A stretch of 64,000 bases of DNA from IMG/VR virus record IMGVR_UViG_3300036801_000104, positions 911 to 64,910 of that record. One strand, written 5' to 3'. The notes under the pieces are model-generated. The model was not told the origin of the DNA. It made no database searches and worked only from the letters and a program-made list of their open reading frames with translations. The position numbers and the translations under genes are program-made. The stretch comes from a virus. Taxonomy: Duplodnaviria; Caudoviricetes. Positions 48,217 through 57,302 of the stretch are shown here, one piece after another (position 1 is the first letter of the stretch; every line of letters starts with the position of its first letter).

Positions 48217-49253
48217 TTCAGCAGCGCGGCGATCCTGGTTCCGATCGGCGAGCCTAGCCCAGTACAAGGGTCCGGCCCAACCCTGGCTCTGAACTTCCCG
48301 TTGTTGCCCCTGGTGATGTCGTTGAAAGCCATATGATCGGCCCACAGCAGCGGGCCTATGCCCTCCGCCATCAGAAGCCCACGCTTCTTTCCACAAGCGG
48401 CGATGAGACCGGCATAAAAAGGAGAAACAAAACTCGTGCCGCCGAAGACCTCAACCTGACCATTCAGCACCACCTTTACGCCGGTTTCCGGGTCGGCGTT
48501 CGCCGCCAGATCCGGGACCATCCGGTTGCCATGCGGCGCCCCCGACATCCACATCGGCATAGGGAAGATATTCGAGAAGCCGCCGCCTCCCTCGCTCCAC
48601 GCGGTCTCGGCCCGAGACATGAATGTTGAGCCGGTCTTCCGCGTCCCGCCGCACGCGATCACGTGCGGGCAGCTGGCGGGCGAGTCGACATTAGCCCGAG
48701 GCGTGGCTGCAAGGAAATCCTTCGAGCCATTGTCCCCGGACGCGGCAAGCACAACCATGCCGAGACTCAGCGCGCGCTGCACCGCCCTTTCCATCGACCA
48801 GCAGGCGGCTTCCCTCGTTACATACTCGTTCGCGCCCCACGACCAAGCCAGCACGTCCATGCCATCCATCGCCGCCTGGCTAGTCACCGCCTCGATCGAA
48901 TCGTTGGCATTCGGCGCGTAGTAAACATGAATCTCAGCTGGCTTACCGGTAGCCACCCAGTATGATGCCGCCGCCGTCTGTATATCGAGCGCCACTTCGC
49001 CAGAGGCGGGGTCGGTCAAGTCTCCGCTGTTGGCGCCGCCATTCACCGAGTGGTCTACGATGGTCGGACGCGGCATCCCGATCATCCCGCAGAATTGATC
49101 GGTGTCGGTCATCCGAGACCCGCCACCCAACTCTCCGATCGCGATTACCCCGCCACCGTCGAGGCCAGTCGGCCAATCATAGGCGCGGGCGAGCGCATCT
49201 ATCATCCACGGGCTCGCCGAGACGCTCGGCGTTCTGATGTAGCTTCTCGGCAT
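48213..49253 (-). CDS. S53 (sedolisin/kumamolisin) peptidase, catalytic domain only
   Basis: GEVALD, AASGDNG, VPDLAANADP, GGTS and DPCTGLGSP. Confidence 0.9.
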   Translation of the reverse strand: MPRSYIRTPSVSASPWMIDALARAYDWPTGLDGGGVIAIGELGGGSRMTDTDQFCGMIGMPRPTIVDHSVNGGANSGDLTDPASGEVALDIQTAAASYWVATGKPAEIHVYYAPNANDSIEAVTSQAAMDGMDVLAWSWGANEYVTREAACWSMERAVQRALSLGMVVLAASGDNGSKDFLAATPRANVDSPASCPHVIACGGTRKTGSTFMSRAETAWSEGGGGFSNIFPMPMWMSGAPHGNRMVPDLAANADPETGVKVVLNGQVEVFGGTSFVSPFYAGLIAACGKKRGLLMAEGIGPLLWADHMAFNDITRGNNGKFRARVGPDPCTGLGSPIGTRIAALLK

Positions 49254-49267
49254 GACTCAGACAATCC

Positions 49268-49504
49268 TCATTCGCCGTGATCTAGTTTGCAGCCATCAGC
49301 GATTATCCAATATCCATTCGGCGAGCCGCCCCAGTGGCAGCCGAGCGGATGAGCCCCACATTCCGGAGAGCATTCGCCGCCGCATTCTGCGCAAGCCCCT
49401 CGGGCAAGCGCCCGCTTGAATTCAGACGCGGTCGGGCCGATGCGCATAACCTGCGCTACCACGGGAGCCAACTTGCGCCTACCGTACAGATTGTGTGCAC
49501 CCAT
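49268..49504 (-). CDS. Cys-rich hypothetical protein
   Basis: CxxC..CSPECGxHPxGC. Confidence 0.5.
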   Translation of the reverse strand: MGAHNLYGRRKLAPVVAQVMRIGPTASEFKRALARGACAECGGECSPECGAHPLGCHWGGSPNGYWIIADGCKLDHGE

Positions 49505-49730
49505 CAGCCTCAGAAACCCACCCTCTCAAAAAAGAAGTAAAGAACCACGGCAATCCAAAAGACTATGTCCACCAGAGCATCATCTCGGCCAGCGCATCAG
49601 TCGCCATTTGCGCGCAAACTTCGTTACAGCTTCGCTCGTAAAGATGCCGGCGCCGCGGACGTGACGGTTTGCCATCGCGATAAGCATATCCACCTCTCGC
49701 GCTTCCGCGGCGCTTAGCGTCATCGATCCG

Positions 49731-49928
49731 TCATCGTTTCGGGTCATGCTTCACCAGCGCATAGTCGTCGATCTGGATATACCCCTCGCCATCCTCGTCC
49801 AGCTCGCGAGTCAGGCGCTCCGGATCAGTTCTGAAGTCCATCCACTCGATGTTATCGTTATCCTGAACGCCCTTGGCTTCGGCCCATTCCTTAAACTCTT
49901 TCCATGTCACCGGTAGCCGTGCTCCCAC
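49731..49928 (-). CDS. Acidic hypothetical protein
   Basis: TWKEFKEWAEAKGV; probable GTG start near 49910. Confidence 0.55.
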   Translation of the reverse strand: MGARLPVTWKEFKEWAEAKGVQDNDNIEWMDFRTDPERLTRELDEDGEGYIQIDDYALVKHDPKR

Positions 49929-50155
49929 CGATGCTCTTCGTGCAGCGGCATCGGGGTCCAGTCGTGATGCTCATGCCATCGGTGCCAAGCGCGGCGCTCG
50001 CGCCATTCTGGCTCACGCCATTCCGGCCGCGGCGTCGAGCACACCCAAAGCCCGCGCCCGTCGTAATGGCATTCCCTGGGTTCAGCGAAAGCCGGCAGTG
50101 CGATCCCCAACCCAACGGCAAATGCCGCGAGCCTAAGAAGCAGTTTCATTTGCAT
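49907..50155 (-). CDS. Small secreted W/R/E/H-rich protein
   Basis: Signal ...PAFA; EWREPEWRE repeats; GGAG SD. Confidence 0.6.
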   Translation of the reverse strand: MQMKLLLRLAAFAVGLGIALPAFAEPRECHYDGRGLWVCSTPRPEWREPEWRERRAWHRWHEHHDWTPMPLHEEHRWEHGYR

Positions 50156-50304
50156 TCTCCGTTAAACGGTGTTAAACAGGCACTTATGAATGATCGGATA
50201 TTAGGTGCCGTGCTCATAGCCTGCGGGGTGGCGCAGATCGTTATGGCTATCTGCGCCTACAACCACTGGCTCGGAATGAGCCCTCACGGTTACTAGAGGG
50301 CGTC

Positions 50305-50640
50305 GTGCAGGTTCAGCTTTGCAAGATCTGTGGGGAGCGGCACCACCGCTATGAGCCGCATCGCTTTGAACATTACGGCGATGCTCGTCGGGTTGCTCCC
50401 GAAGCCCCTCGCAGCAATGCTCGATCCCCGAGCCCCCGCATTCGAGACAAGGACCATAAATCGCCAGCCAGCGGTTTATCTGCTCAGGAGCCCGACGTAA
50501 GCCTCGGCACGCCTGACACTCCGCCATCCACACCCCCACTAAGCATCGCCGCGCTCGACGACACCGCCTTACGCAATCTCCGCAATCTCGTTATGGCCGA
50601 GGTTATGCGCCGCACTCGCGCACGAAAGGAACCGAAATGA
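50305..50640 (+). CDS. Hypothetical protein (opposite-strand cassette)
   Basis: CKICGERH motif. Confidence 0.55.
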   Translation: MQVQLCKICGERHHRYEPHRFEHYGDARRVAPEAPRSNARSPSPRIRDKDHKSPASGLSAQEPDVSLGTPDTPPSTPPLSIAALDDTALRNLRNLVMAEVMRRTRARKEPK

Positions 50641-50855
50641 CCCAAGACGAAGCTAACGCTATCGCCCGCGTTATCGAAACCGCAGATGGCGGATGCGATG
50701 TGTGTATTAGACGACTATGCGATGAACTAAACGCCGCGGACCTAGACTTTGAGTTCACGATGATTGATCTTGAGCAAGACACTGTATGTGAGCAAGACAT
50801 TGTACATGCCACGCGCCGAAAGGAACCGAAATGCAAGACCACAGCCTACTACTAG
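50637..50855 (+). CDS. Hypothetical protein
   Basis: TADGGCxxC; starts at the repeated AAAGGAACCGAAATG. Confidence 0.55.
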   Translation: MTQDEANAIARVIETADGGCDVCIRRLCDELNAADLDFEFTMIDLEQDTVCEQDIVHATRRKEPKCKTTAYY

Positions 50856-51088
50856 GCGCGCTCGGACTGAGCGGCACTCCGAATTATCCCCATCCGACGA
50901 TACAAAGCCAGATTGCTCTCAGCCAGGCTCAAATTCAAATGCGCGCCGCAGCCCAAGCGTACGCTAACCAACAAGCTATGTATTGCCAGCCCAAGGTATC
51001 CCCTGTCGTTTCAAAGGGCTGGTCGCAGCGGTATTTAGATGCCCTGATCGATGTCGAGATCGGCCGGGCACAAAAGGAACAGAAATGA
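50831..51088 (+). CDS. Hypothetical protein
   Basis: Starts at the repeated AAAGGAACCGAAATG. Confidence 0.55.
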   Translation: MQDHSLLLGALGLSGTPNYPHPTIQSQIALSQAQIQMRAAAQAYANQQAMYCQPKVSPVVSKGWSQRYLDALIDVEIGRAQKEQK

Positions 51089-51189
51089 TCAATCCGCTCG
51101 CCATGGTCGCCATCGCCGTCTTCGCCCTTGCCGTCGCCGTGGCGCAATCGCTTATGATCGGCTGGCCGCAACGCTTGCTTGGTCTCTAA
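51085..51189 (+). CDS. 34-aa single-TM peptide
   Basis: Starts at AAAGGAACAGAAATG. Confidence 0.5.
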   Translation: MINPLAMVAIAVFALAVAVAQSLMIGWPQRLLGL

Positions 51190-52670
51190 ACCCGCTCCCG
51201 ATGCGCCGAGTACCCCCGCGGCCGAGCCTGCTCCCATACCTCGTCCATCGTCATCTCGCTGAGCCCCCGCATCGGCTCCGACGCTTTCGGCACCTCGCCC
51301 GCGATCAGGTCATCAAGCATGCGGCCCACTAGGCTTAGCACGTCCACCTGATCGTCATTCTTGCCTGCCGGGAATCGCAGCAGCTCCGATACTAAGTCCG
51401 TCGCCCAGGGCGCGCGCCTCGGAAGATAGACCTTCCCCATCGCCATCCGACCGCGGATCGATTGCGCCTTCGTCGCCTTGTTCGTCGCCGAGCTGAATTG
51501 CTTGCGATAGCAAAAGAGCAGCCGACGCTCAATCTGCCGCTTCAGTAGGAACGGGCCGACGCTCTTCTCGATTTGCGCGTTCTCCTCGGCCCACATTATA
51601 GGCCGCCACAGCTCCATCAGGTCGAGAGCAGCTTCCACCCAAACGTCAGATGCGGCTTGGTCTCGCCAGATGTCCAAGATGTAGATATCGTCCGAAGGGT
51701 CCACCCCAATGATGCCATGGACGGTATAATCGCCGCCTGCCGCGGTGACAGCGTAATCACTTGCTCCATACACCACGAGATGCTCTCGGGGCGGGGCTGC
51801 GTCATACCAGCGTATCCATTCGTGTTTGAAATAGTCGCCGCTCTCCGGTGTCGGCTCTTGCTGATAGAGCGCCGACCAATTGCGCACGTCGCGCTTGGCC
51901 TCAGCGAACATCTCCGGCCGAAACCACTCGGGCCACAGCGGAGCCCCTACAGCGCGTCCAAGCGGGTCCCCTATCCTAGCCTCGGCCGGGAGCGACAAGA
52001 CCTCCCACGCCTCGCCCCCGGTGTCCTGCTCCGCGATTAAGCGCCCGGCAAGGTCGTCCTCATGCCAGCGCGTCATGATAAGCACGATCCGCCCACCGGG
52101 CTTGAGGCGCGGCCAGAAGTCCGACCGGTACCAGTCCCATATACGATCGCGGATCGTTTGGCTGTCTGCCTCAGCCCGGCCCTTTACAGGATCATCGATG
52201 ATACCCAGATCGGCCCGTCGACCGGTGACGCTTGCGTCGACCCCCACAGCGTAATACTCACCGCCACGCTCCGTCTCCCATCGACCCGCCGCAGCGCTGT
52301 CTCCCGACAAACCAAAGCCAAACACGCGCCTGAAATCGGTCGAACCGACAAGATTTCTGACCCTTCGGCCAAACCGCTCGGCGAGTTCCCCGGAGTGGCT
52401 AGCCCCGATGACAGACCGCGCAGCATTACGCCCAAGGAACCAAGGCGGGAACAGGATTGATGCATATGTGCTCTTCGCGCTCCCCGGCGGCATGAAGATC
52501 ATTAACCGGGAGATCTCGCCGGCCTCGAGGGCCTCAAGGCGCCCGATCAGCAGCCGATGGTGCCGCGCCGGCTGGATATCAGGTGACGCTAACTCGATGA
52601 ACTTGAGGAGGCTCGCCTCCGCATCGAGCCGCAGCAGCAGCTCTTGCGCGACATCCTCAGCTGTTAGCAT
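51186..52670 (-). CDS. terL: Terminase large subunit
   Basis: MPPGSAKST Walker A, IIDDP Walker B, MTRWHEDDL, YQQEP and DDQVD. Confidence 0.95.
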   Translation of the reverse strand: MLTAEDVAQELLLRLDAEASLLKFIELASPDIQPARHHRLLIGRLEALEAGEISRLMIFMPPGSAKSTYASILFPPWFLGRNAARSVIGASHSGELAERFGRRVRNLVGSTDFRRVFGFGLSGDSAAAGRWETERGGEYYAVGVDASVTGRRADLGIIDDPVKGRAEADSQTIRDRIWDWYRSDFWPRLKPGGRIVLIMTRWHEDDLAGRLIAEQDTGGEAWEVLSLPAEARIGDPLGRAVGAPLWPEWFRPEMFAEAKRDVRNWSALYQQEPTPESGDYFKHEWIRWYDAAPPREHLVVYGASDYAVTAAGGDYTVHGIIGVDPSDDIYILDIWRDQAASDVWVEAALDLMELWRPIMWAEENAQIEKSVGPFLLKRQIERRLLFCYRKQFSSATNKATKAQSIRGRMAMGKVYLPRRAPWATDLVSELLRFPAGKNDDQVDVLSLVGRMLDDLIAGEVPKASEPMRGLSEMTMDEVWEQARPRGYSAHRERV

Positions 52671-53053
52671 CCCACAGGCGGTGTAGGCATCGGCATCCAA
52701 TGTGTGGGGCGACGCGCGCTATACTGATTGTCTCGCCACGGCCATGTGCCAGCCTCTTGGTAATAGGACACTATGAAAATGTCTTCGTTGTCGGCGTCCC
52801 ACACCAAGATAACAGTGCCGTCTTTTGGCGCCGACGCGATCGATGACCACTGCGTCATCTGCCCCGGACATCCCGTTCTATGCTCGTAGCCAGGATAAGA
52901 CATTTCCTCCAGCTCGTCCTTGACCTCACACCAAAAGCAGGTGCCGCGTTCCGTGGCCTCTGTCTTGCCGTGTAAGGCGCATACAATGATCGTGGGGGTA
53001 TCGGCGCGGGGAGCGTAATCGCGAGAGGGCGGCAATTCAGCTTTTAGCGTCAT
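52664..53053 (-). CDS. Protein with a C-terminal DUF551 domain
   Basis: WSSIASAPKDGT...PTHWMPMP. Confidence 0.65.
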   Translation of the reverse strand: MTLKAELPPSRDYAPRADTPTIIVCALHGKTEATERGTCFWCEVKDELEEMSYPGYEHRTGCPGQMTQWSSIASAPKDGTVILVWDADNEDIFIVSYYQEAGTWPWRDNQYSARRPTHWMPMPTPPVGC

Positions 53054-53360
53054 GCTCGATCACCCTCGTTTGCACGACCATGCCGGCGGATGCGGTTCGC
53101 ATATTCTCAAGCAGCGTGAGCAAATCCTCGCGGGTCATCTCCGCTACCTCGCGCCGGATCGTGGCGTCGATCTGCTGCGGGATGATCTTACCCACCAGGC
53201 TCATATACGACGCCGGGTTTAACGTCGCCTGTTTAACAAGGTATGCCACGCCGCCAGCCTTGTCGAGAGACTCGCGGATCATCTCGCGGATATCGCGAGT
53301 TACTTTATTTGCTGCACCCGCAGGTCTGCCCGGCCCAGCTTTGCCCGCTATTAACGGCAT
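53037..53360 (-). CDS. terS: Terminase small subunit
   Basis: GRPAGAANKVTRDIREMI..GGVAYL..LVGKIIP; upstream of terL. Confidence 0.75.
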   Translation of the reverse strand: MPLIAGKAGPGRPAGAANKVTRDIREMIRESLDKAGGVAYLVKQATLNPASYMSLVGKIIPQQIDATIRREVAEMTREDLLTLLENMRTASAGMVVQTRVIEHDAKS

Positions 53361-53707
53361 AATCGCTGGGCCGAAAGAGCCAAGGCGGCACCGCAATGCC
53401 CCTTGGCCATCCCGCTAAGTCTCGCGCTCAACATCCTTGCGGGGATTTTCGCGTCCGACCGGGAGATCCGTTTCAAAGAAACCAGTCACATAGGGCTGCG
53501 CCTATTACGCCACATACGAGCGAGGCGAGGAGCAACACGATTATAACCTCGGCTTGAGATAGAGATGGCGGTTTATGACGCGGGCGTAGGAGCCAAGGGT
53601 TAAACATCGTCAGCTCACGCATCATCGAGCTTCTCGACGAGCGCCCGCTCCGTTAAACGCAGGCAATTTTGGAGGATGCTCGCTCTCGTGCGCCAAAATT
53701 CTAATTC

Positions 53708-53713
53708 TGTCAA
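53708..53713 (-). promoter_or_regulatory. TTGACA -35 element, candidate late promoter
   Basis: Perfect TTGACA facing terS; overlaps an AATTTTGG/CCAAAATT inverted repeat; no clear -10. Confidence 0.4.
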
Positions 53714-53959
53714 CTACATTTTGGCGAGGGCGGCCTCAACACATCTGGAACAGCAGAGGTCTAGCTGTGGCCGCTGCCGCTCGCCGGCCCACGATTGGCC
53801 GATCCAAGGACGACCGCACACCGCCTCTGAATGACCAGCGCGGAACAAATGCGCTGGTCCCATAAGAGGTGTAATCCATAGATCTTCTTGCGTCGGATCA
53901 GATTTGCACACCTTGCCCTCACTTTCTTTCAAGGGCGCGCGCGCCTGCGAGCACCCCAA
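53714..53959 (-). CDS. Hypothetical protein
   Basis: H..CG..CSRC; start uncertain. Confidence 0.45.
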   Translation of the reverse strand: MGCSQARAPLKESEGKVCKSDPTQEDLWITPLMGPAHLFRAGHSEAVCGRPWIGQSWAGERQRPQLDLCCSRCVEAALAKM

Positions 53960-54446
53960 GCGCCCCGATGAGAATCCCCGACGCCGCTTCCTGAGACACC
54001 CGCCGGCCGCTCCAACCCTGCTGCGATGCCCATTCCTTCAAGCTCTGCTGCCAACCCAGCACATGCCACAGACATGAGCCGCCGGCCGAACCGAGGCCGC
54101 CTACAGACATTAGGGTTTCCCATACCAATCGGCGAGCTTGCTCGATACGATGACCGATCCCGACGTTAAACACGCCACCACTTACGATGGGACGCGATAA
54201 ATCAGCGGCCATTAATGGGTCCAACTGGGCCACGCGGAATAGTAGCTGAAACTCTTCCCCTGCCTCCCGCATCTCTGCGGTGATCGCGCCGCGCCGCTCC
54301 ATCGCAGCCAGGATGTCGATGCTGCGATAGGGCTGCGCTGGTCGCCCCTCATCGTCGGCAATGGCCTTGTCGACCAACTCTACCCCCCTTCGCCACCGCT
54401 CCGGAGTGGGAGAAATGTAGTCGGCAGATGTCGGATGGCGGCTCAT
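53919..54446 (-). CDS. DUF6456-like putative late transcription regulator
   Basis: RGAIT...AG..F; LWHVLG..SLKEWA HTH-like region; position equivalent to Q. Confidence 0.6.
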   Translation of the reverse strand: MSRHPTSADYISPTPERWRRGVELVDKAIADDEGRPAQPYRSIDILAAMERRGAITAEMREAGEEFQLLFRVAQLDPLMAADLSRPIVSGGVFNVGIGHRIEQARRLVWETLMSVGGLGSAGGSCLWHVLGWQQSLKEWASQQGWSGRRVSQEAASGILIGALGVLAGARALERK

Positions 54447-54960
54447 TCCTCAAGTCCCAGCTCTATCCGGCCCCGGCGCAGCTCTTCGGGGTCTTCGTAT
54501 TTGGGCTTGCGTTGCTCTGTTGCGGATACGCCCATTGCGGCATTGATTTGCGATTGCGTCATGTGCGCTTCAGGAGCCCACGCTTTGCGATTGCGTTGAT
54601 CGTAGATTTTGGCGTTGGCCTCAGCTTGGCGCGTGCAACACCGCATGAACTCCAGCATTGCCTGTGTGGGCGCGCCATTCGGCAGCCGCTCGCCGTGGAC
54701 CTGGACCTGACGTTTGAGCGGGAGGCGCTCAGCGTCTTGCGCGCGGAAGTGCGCTCTAAGCTTCGGGTCGCGGGTGACGTCGGCCGGTCGCACTGGTGTG
54801 CCAGTGTACAGCGGTTTGCGTGGCTCATAGATCTGCTCGGCAGCCTGCACCATCGTCTCGTTAAACCAGTCGCCATGCGGGTCTAGCGGATAACTCCGCT
54901 TGTCGATGCCGTGCCGCACCCGCAGGAATGCGTAGTCGTAGGCATGGTATTCCCACCGCT
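54443..54960 (-). CDS. Hypothetical protein downstream of the replication gene (start unclear)
   Basis: Open frame coupled to the next gene by ATGA; no ATG near the expected start. Confidence 0.45.
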
Positions 54961-54965
54961 GCGCG

Positions 54966-55673
54966 CTAGTGATGCCGGCCCACTGGAAAGAAGCCTCCTT
55001 CAGGGATCGGCGGAGGTTCCTTAGGTGGCCCACCGAAGGGAAGCTCGCCACCGTTGCTGTAAGCGCCATTGGAGGCTGGGACATCGAGCCATCTTTCCTG
55101 GTTGAGCCACGTCGACGGATTGCACCACGGTCGATCAATGGGCTTGGTTGCCTTGTACCGCTCAACGCCGGCAATGAGCTGGTCAAGTGAGGTCTTAGCC
55201 AGGGCCTTAAGGAATGCCTTGCGAGCGGCACCCTTGCCTACTTTTTCGGGGTAGAGCGGCCACCACGCTTCAAACGCTTCTTTCGCGGGTTTAACCCTAA
55301 TGTCCGCGGACTCATTCCCATGATCCTGGGGTTGGCCCCGAAGGCTCTCGCGTTGGTTCGATCCCTTCGCAAATTCGAGAGTTTTTTCGGCATTCGACAG
55401 AGGTTTCTCTGAAGGAAGGGTTAAGGAGAGGGGTAGTTCTTTAGAGGGGTGTGGGGAGACTTTTCTTAGGGGGGAACCATTGGGGAGGAAACTCTCTTTA
55501 ATGTCGCGACATGCCATGTCGGCATCATGTCGCGAGGCGTGTCGAAAAAGCTCCGCAACCCCTTGAATTATCTGGGGAAGCATTTCGCGCAGCGTGTCGC
55601 ACACCATGTCGCGAAGCATGTCGCGATCATGTCGGCGACGCCGATAGCTGCGACAACGGTCAGCATTGCTCAT
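54966..55673 (-). CDS. Phage replication initiator
   Basis: FEAWWPLYPEKVGKGAARKAF...PSTWLNQERW; internal iterons. Confidence 0.75.
   Translation of the reverse strand: MSNADRCRSYRRRRHDRDMLRDMVCDTLREMLPQIIQGVAELFRHASRHDADMACRDIKESFLPNGSPLRKVSPHPSKELPLSLTLPSEKPLSNAEKTLEFAKGSNQRESLRGQPQDHGNESADIRVKPAKEAFEAWWPLYPEKVGKGAARKAFLKALAKTSLDQLIAGVERYKATKPIDRPWCNPSTWLNQERWLDVPASNGAYSNGGELPFGGPPKEPPPIPEGGFFPVGRHH
55501..55640. repeat. Iteron-like (C)ATGTCG(CGA) repeats, putative replication origin
   Basis: About eight TGTCG-core copies inside the rep gene. Confidence 0.6.
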
Positions 55674-55680
55674 CAGGATA

Positions 55681-55707
55681 AATCCGACTCTGTACCAGAA
55701 TCAGATT
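55681..55707 (-). promoter_or_regulatory. 12-bp RNA hairpin directly upstream of the rep start codon
   Basis: AAUCUGAUUCUG-GUA-CAGAGUCGGAUU pairs fully with two G-U pairs, on the - strand only. Confidence 0.55.
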
Positions 55708-55738
55708 CCGGACCTACTTCGTAAGTGCTTGATTTTTA

Positions 55739-55788
55739 TGGTGCTGCCGGGGTGAATCGAACACCCGACCTTTCCCTTACCAAGGGAA
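55739..55788 (-). mobile_element. attP core: 3' half of tRNA-Thr(GGT)
   Basis: TTCCC-TTGGTAA-GGGAA anticodon arm, GGGTG-TTCGATT-CACCC T-arm, CGGCAGC-ACCA end; no 5' half; next to the integrase. Confidence 0.88.
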
Positions 55789-55813
55789 TTCTCCACCGAG
55801 ACTTTGAGCCGTT

Positions 55814-56920
55814 TTAGAGCCATTTTGTGCCCTCCAATTGGTCGTTTAGGTCCGCTGAATCCCTTGCGGTTGACTCGGTTTCTGCGCCACTGGCACAGAA
55901 ACGAATTATCCTCGGCCCAGGCTCGCCCGCGAGCGCATCCGCTGCGCTGCGCAGGAAGTCGGGAGAGTGCTTCCCATAGGTGGATTCAATCATTGCCACC
56001 GTATCGCCAAGCATCCGCGCTATCTCGACCATTGGCACGCCGGCCATGACCATGTGCGTCGCCGCGGTATGGCGTAGGACGTGCGGCGTGCATGGCACAC
56101 CAGCAAGGCGGCTCGCATGGGTAAACCCGGTCTTGATCGACGCGACCGGTTTCCCGCGGAATTCGATAACGTGATCGGAGACCGCTACCAGGCGAGCCGC
56201 CTGCAGCTCGGCGAGGGCGACAGAGTTTATCGGCACTGTGGCTCGCCGCTTGCGGCTGCGGGCGCGGCCAGGGCGATCATAGGTGATGAGTCGATGATCA
56301 AGGTCGACGCGATCCCAGGTAAGATCAAGAATAGCGCCGGTGCGCGCAGCAGTGTGATAGGCCAGTACGATGAACAGTCGGACGTGGGCAGAGCCGGCGG
56401 CACGGATGAGGCGGTCAACGTCAGCGCGAGGGAGCCAGAGATCACGTGGCGGAGGCTTGGGAGGCATCTCGACATAGGGAGCCTCAGAAATCCAATGCTC
56501 TCTCACGGACCACGATAACGCCGCACGCAGCACAGTAACTTCCCGGCGGATTGTCCCATCGGCAACCGAGTGCCTGGCACGAGTATAAGCTGTCCTGGAT
56601 AGCATCCGGGGCTCCAGGTTGCCGATCAGTCGCGTGATCGTCGCCGCCGACACCCGCAGCACCGCCTTGCTTTGGACGTGGGGTAGCCGGGCGGTCATAT
56701 AGGCTTGCATGATCGCCGCAATCGTCGCCTGGGGCGGCGGTATAGGCTGCTCCCGTCCGGCTATCCATTGGTCCCTCCAGATTTCGGCTGCCTTGCGCTC
56801 CCTCTGCCCCGTCGAAACGCGTCTAGTGCGACCGGTGACCGGGTCGGTGTAGTGGATTGCCCAGAGCTTCCCTCTGAGCCGGAGCCGGTAGTTTGGTCGC
56901 TCAAGCTTGTGTGGCGGCAT
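55814..56920 (-). CDS. int: Tyrosine integrase
   Basis: TAAR (R), K, PHVLRHT (HxxR), LGD and TY catalytic set; N-terminal arm-binding region. Confidence 0.93.
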   Translation of the reverse strand: MPPHKLERPNYRLRLRGKLWAIHYTDPVTGRTRRVSTGQRERKAAEIWRDQWIAGREQPIPPPQATIAAIMQAYMTARLPHVQSKAVLRVSAATITRLIGNLEPRMLSRTAYTRARHSVADGTIRREVTVLRAALSWSVREHWISEAPYVEMPPKPPPRDLWLPRADVDRLIRAAGSAHVRLFIVLAYHTAARTGAILDLTWDRVDLDHRLITYDRPGRARSRKRRATVPINSVALAELQAARLVAVSDHVIEFRGKPVASIKTGFTHASRLAGVPCTPHVLRHTAATHMVMAGVPMVEIARMLGDTVAMIESTYGKHSPDFLRSAADALAGEPGPRIIRFCASGAETESTARDSADLNDQLEGTKWL

Positions 56921-57078
56921 CGATCAAAGTCGTCCAATTGCTCGCGGCGAAACCGGTAGTCTCCCCCAGGGAGCCGGATCGCGACGATTAGGCCAGCTTT
57001 GATCCAAGCATAGACCGCCTTCGGCGTAACCCCATATTCGCGGGCGACATCCCGAACGGTGATGGCGCGGTCAGTCAT
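56761..57078 (-). CDS. xis: Excisionase-like HTH_17 protein
   Basis: TVRDVAREYGVTPKAVYAWIKAG...YRF; its tail overlaps the start of int. Confidence 0.75.
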   Translation of the reverse strand: MTDRAITVRDVAREYGVTPKAVYAWIKAGLIVAIRLPGGDYRFRREQLDDFDRCRHTSLSDQTTGSGSEGSSGQSTTPTRSPVALDAFRRGRGSARQPKSGGTNG

Positions 57079-57302
57079 GCGCCACCAGCCTTACGTCGCC
57101 GCATCTCCGCGCAGGCATCCAGCCAAGAACCGTACGAGTCCATCTCCTGCCAGTTGGCCGGGAGGGCATAACGGGATGCTATGCGTCTGGCCTCGTCTTC
57201 CTCCCGCTGCTCACGGAATGCCCTCGACACCCGTAGGCCCACAATGAGCCCAAGAGCAAACCACACTAGAATGCCGCCAAGCCATAGAGGAAGACCGTTC
57301 AT
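57075..57302 (-). CDS. Single-TM hypothetical protein
   Basis: N-terminal TM; coupled. Confidence 0.55.
   Translation of the reverse strand: MNGLPLWLGGILVWFALGLIVGLRVSRAFREQREEDEARRIASRYALPANWQEMDSYGSWLDACAEMRRRKAGGA

Noticed and set aside
53400-53700. Structured ncRNA upstream of terS
   Set aside because: Some hairpins are present, but no recognisable family; part of the region can encode a ~50-aa TM peptide (53473..53625, - strand).
55739-55788. Complete tRNA-Thr gene
   Set aside because: Only the anticodon arm to CCA is present; upstream sequence gives no D-arm or 5' acceptor strand, so it is treated as attP.
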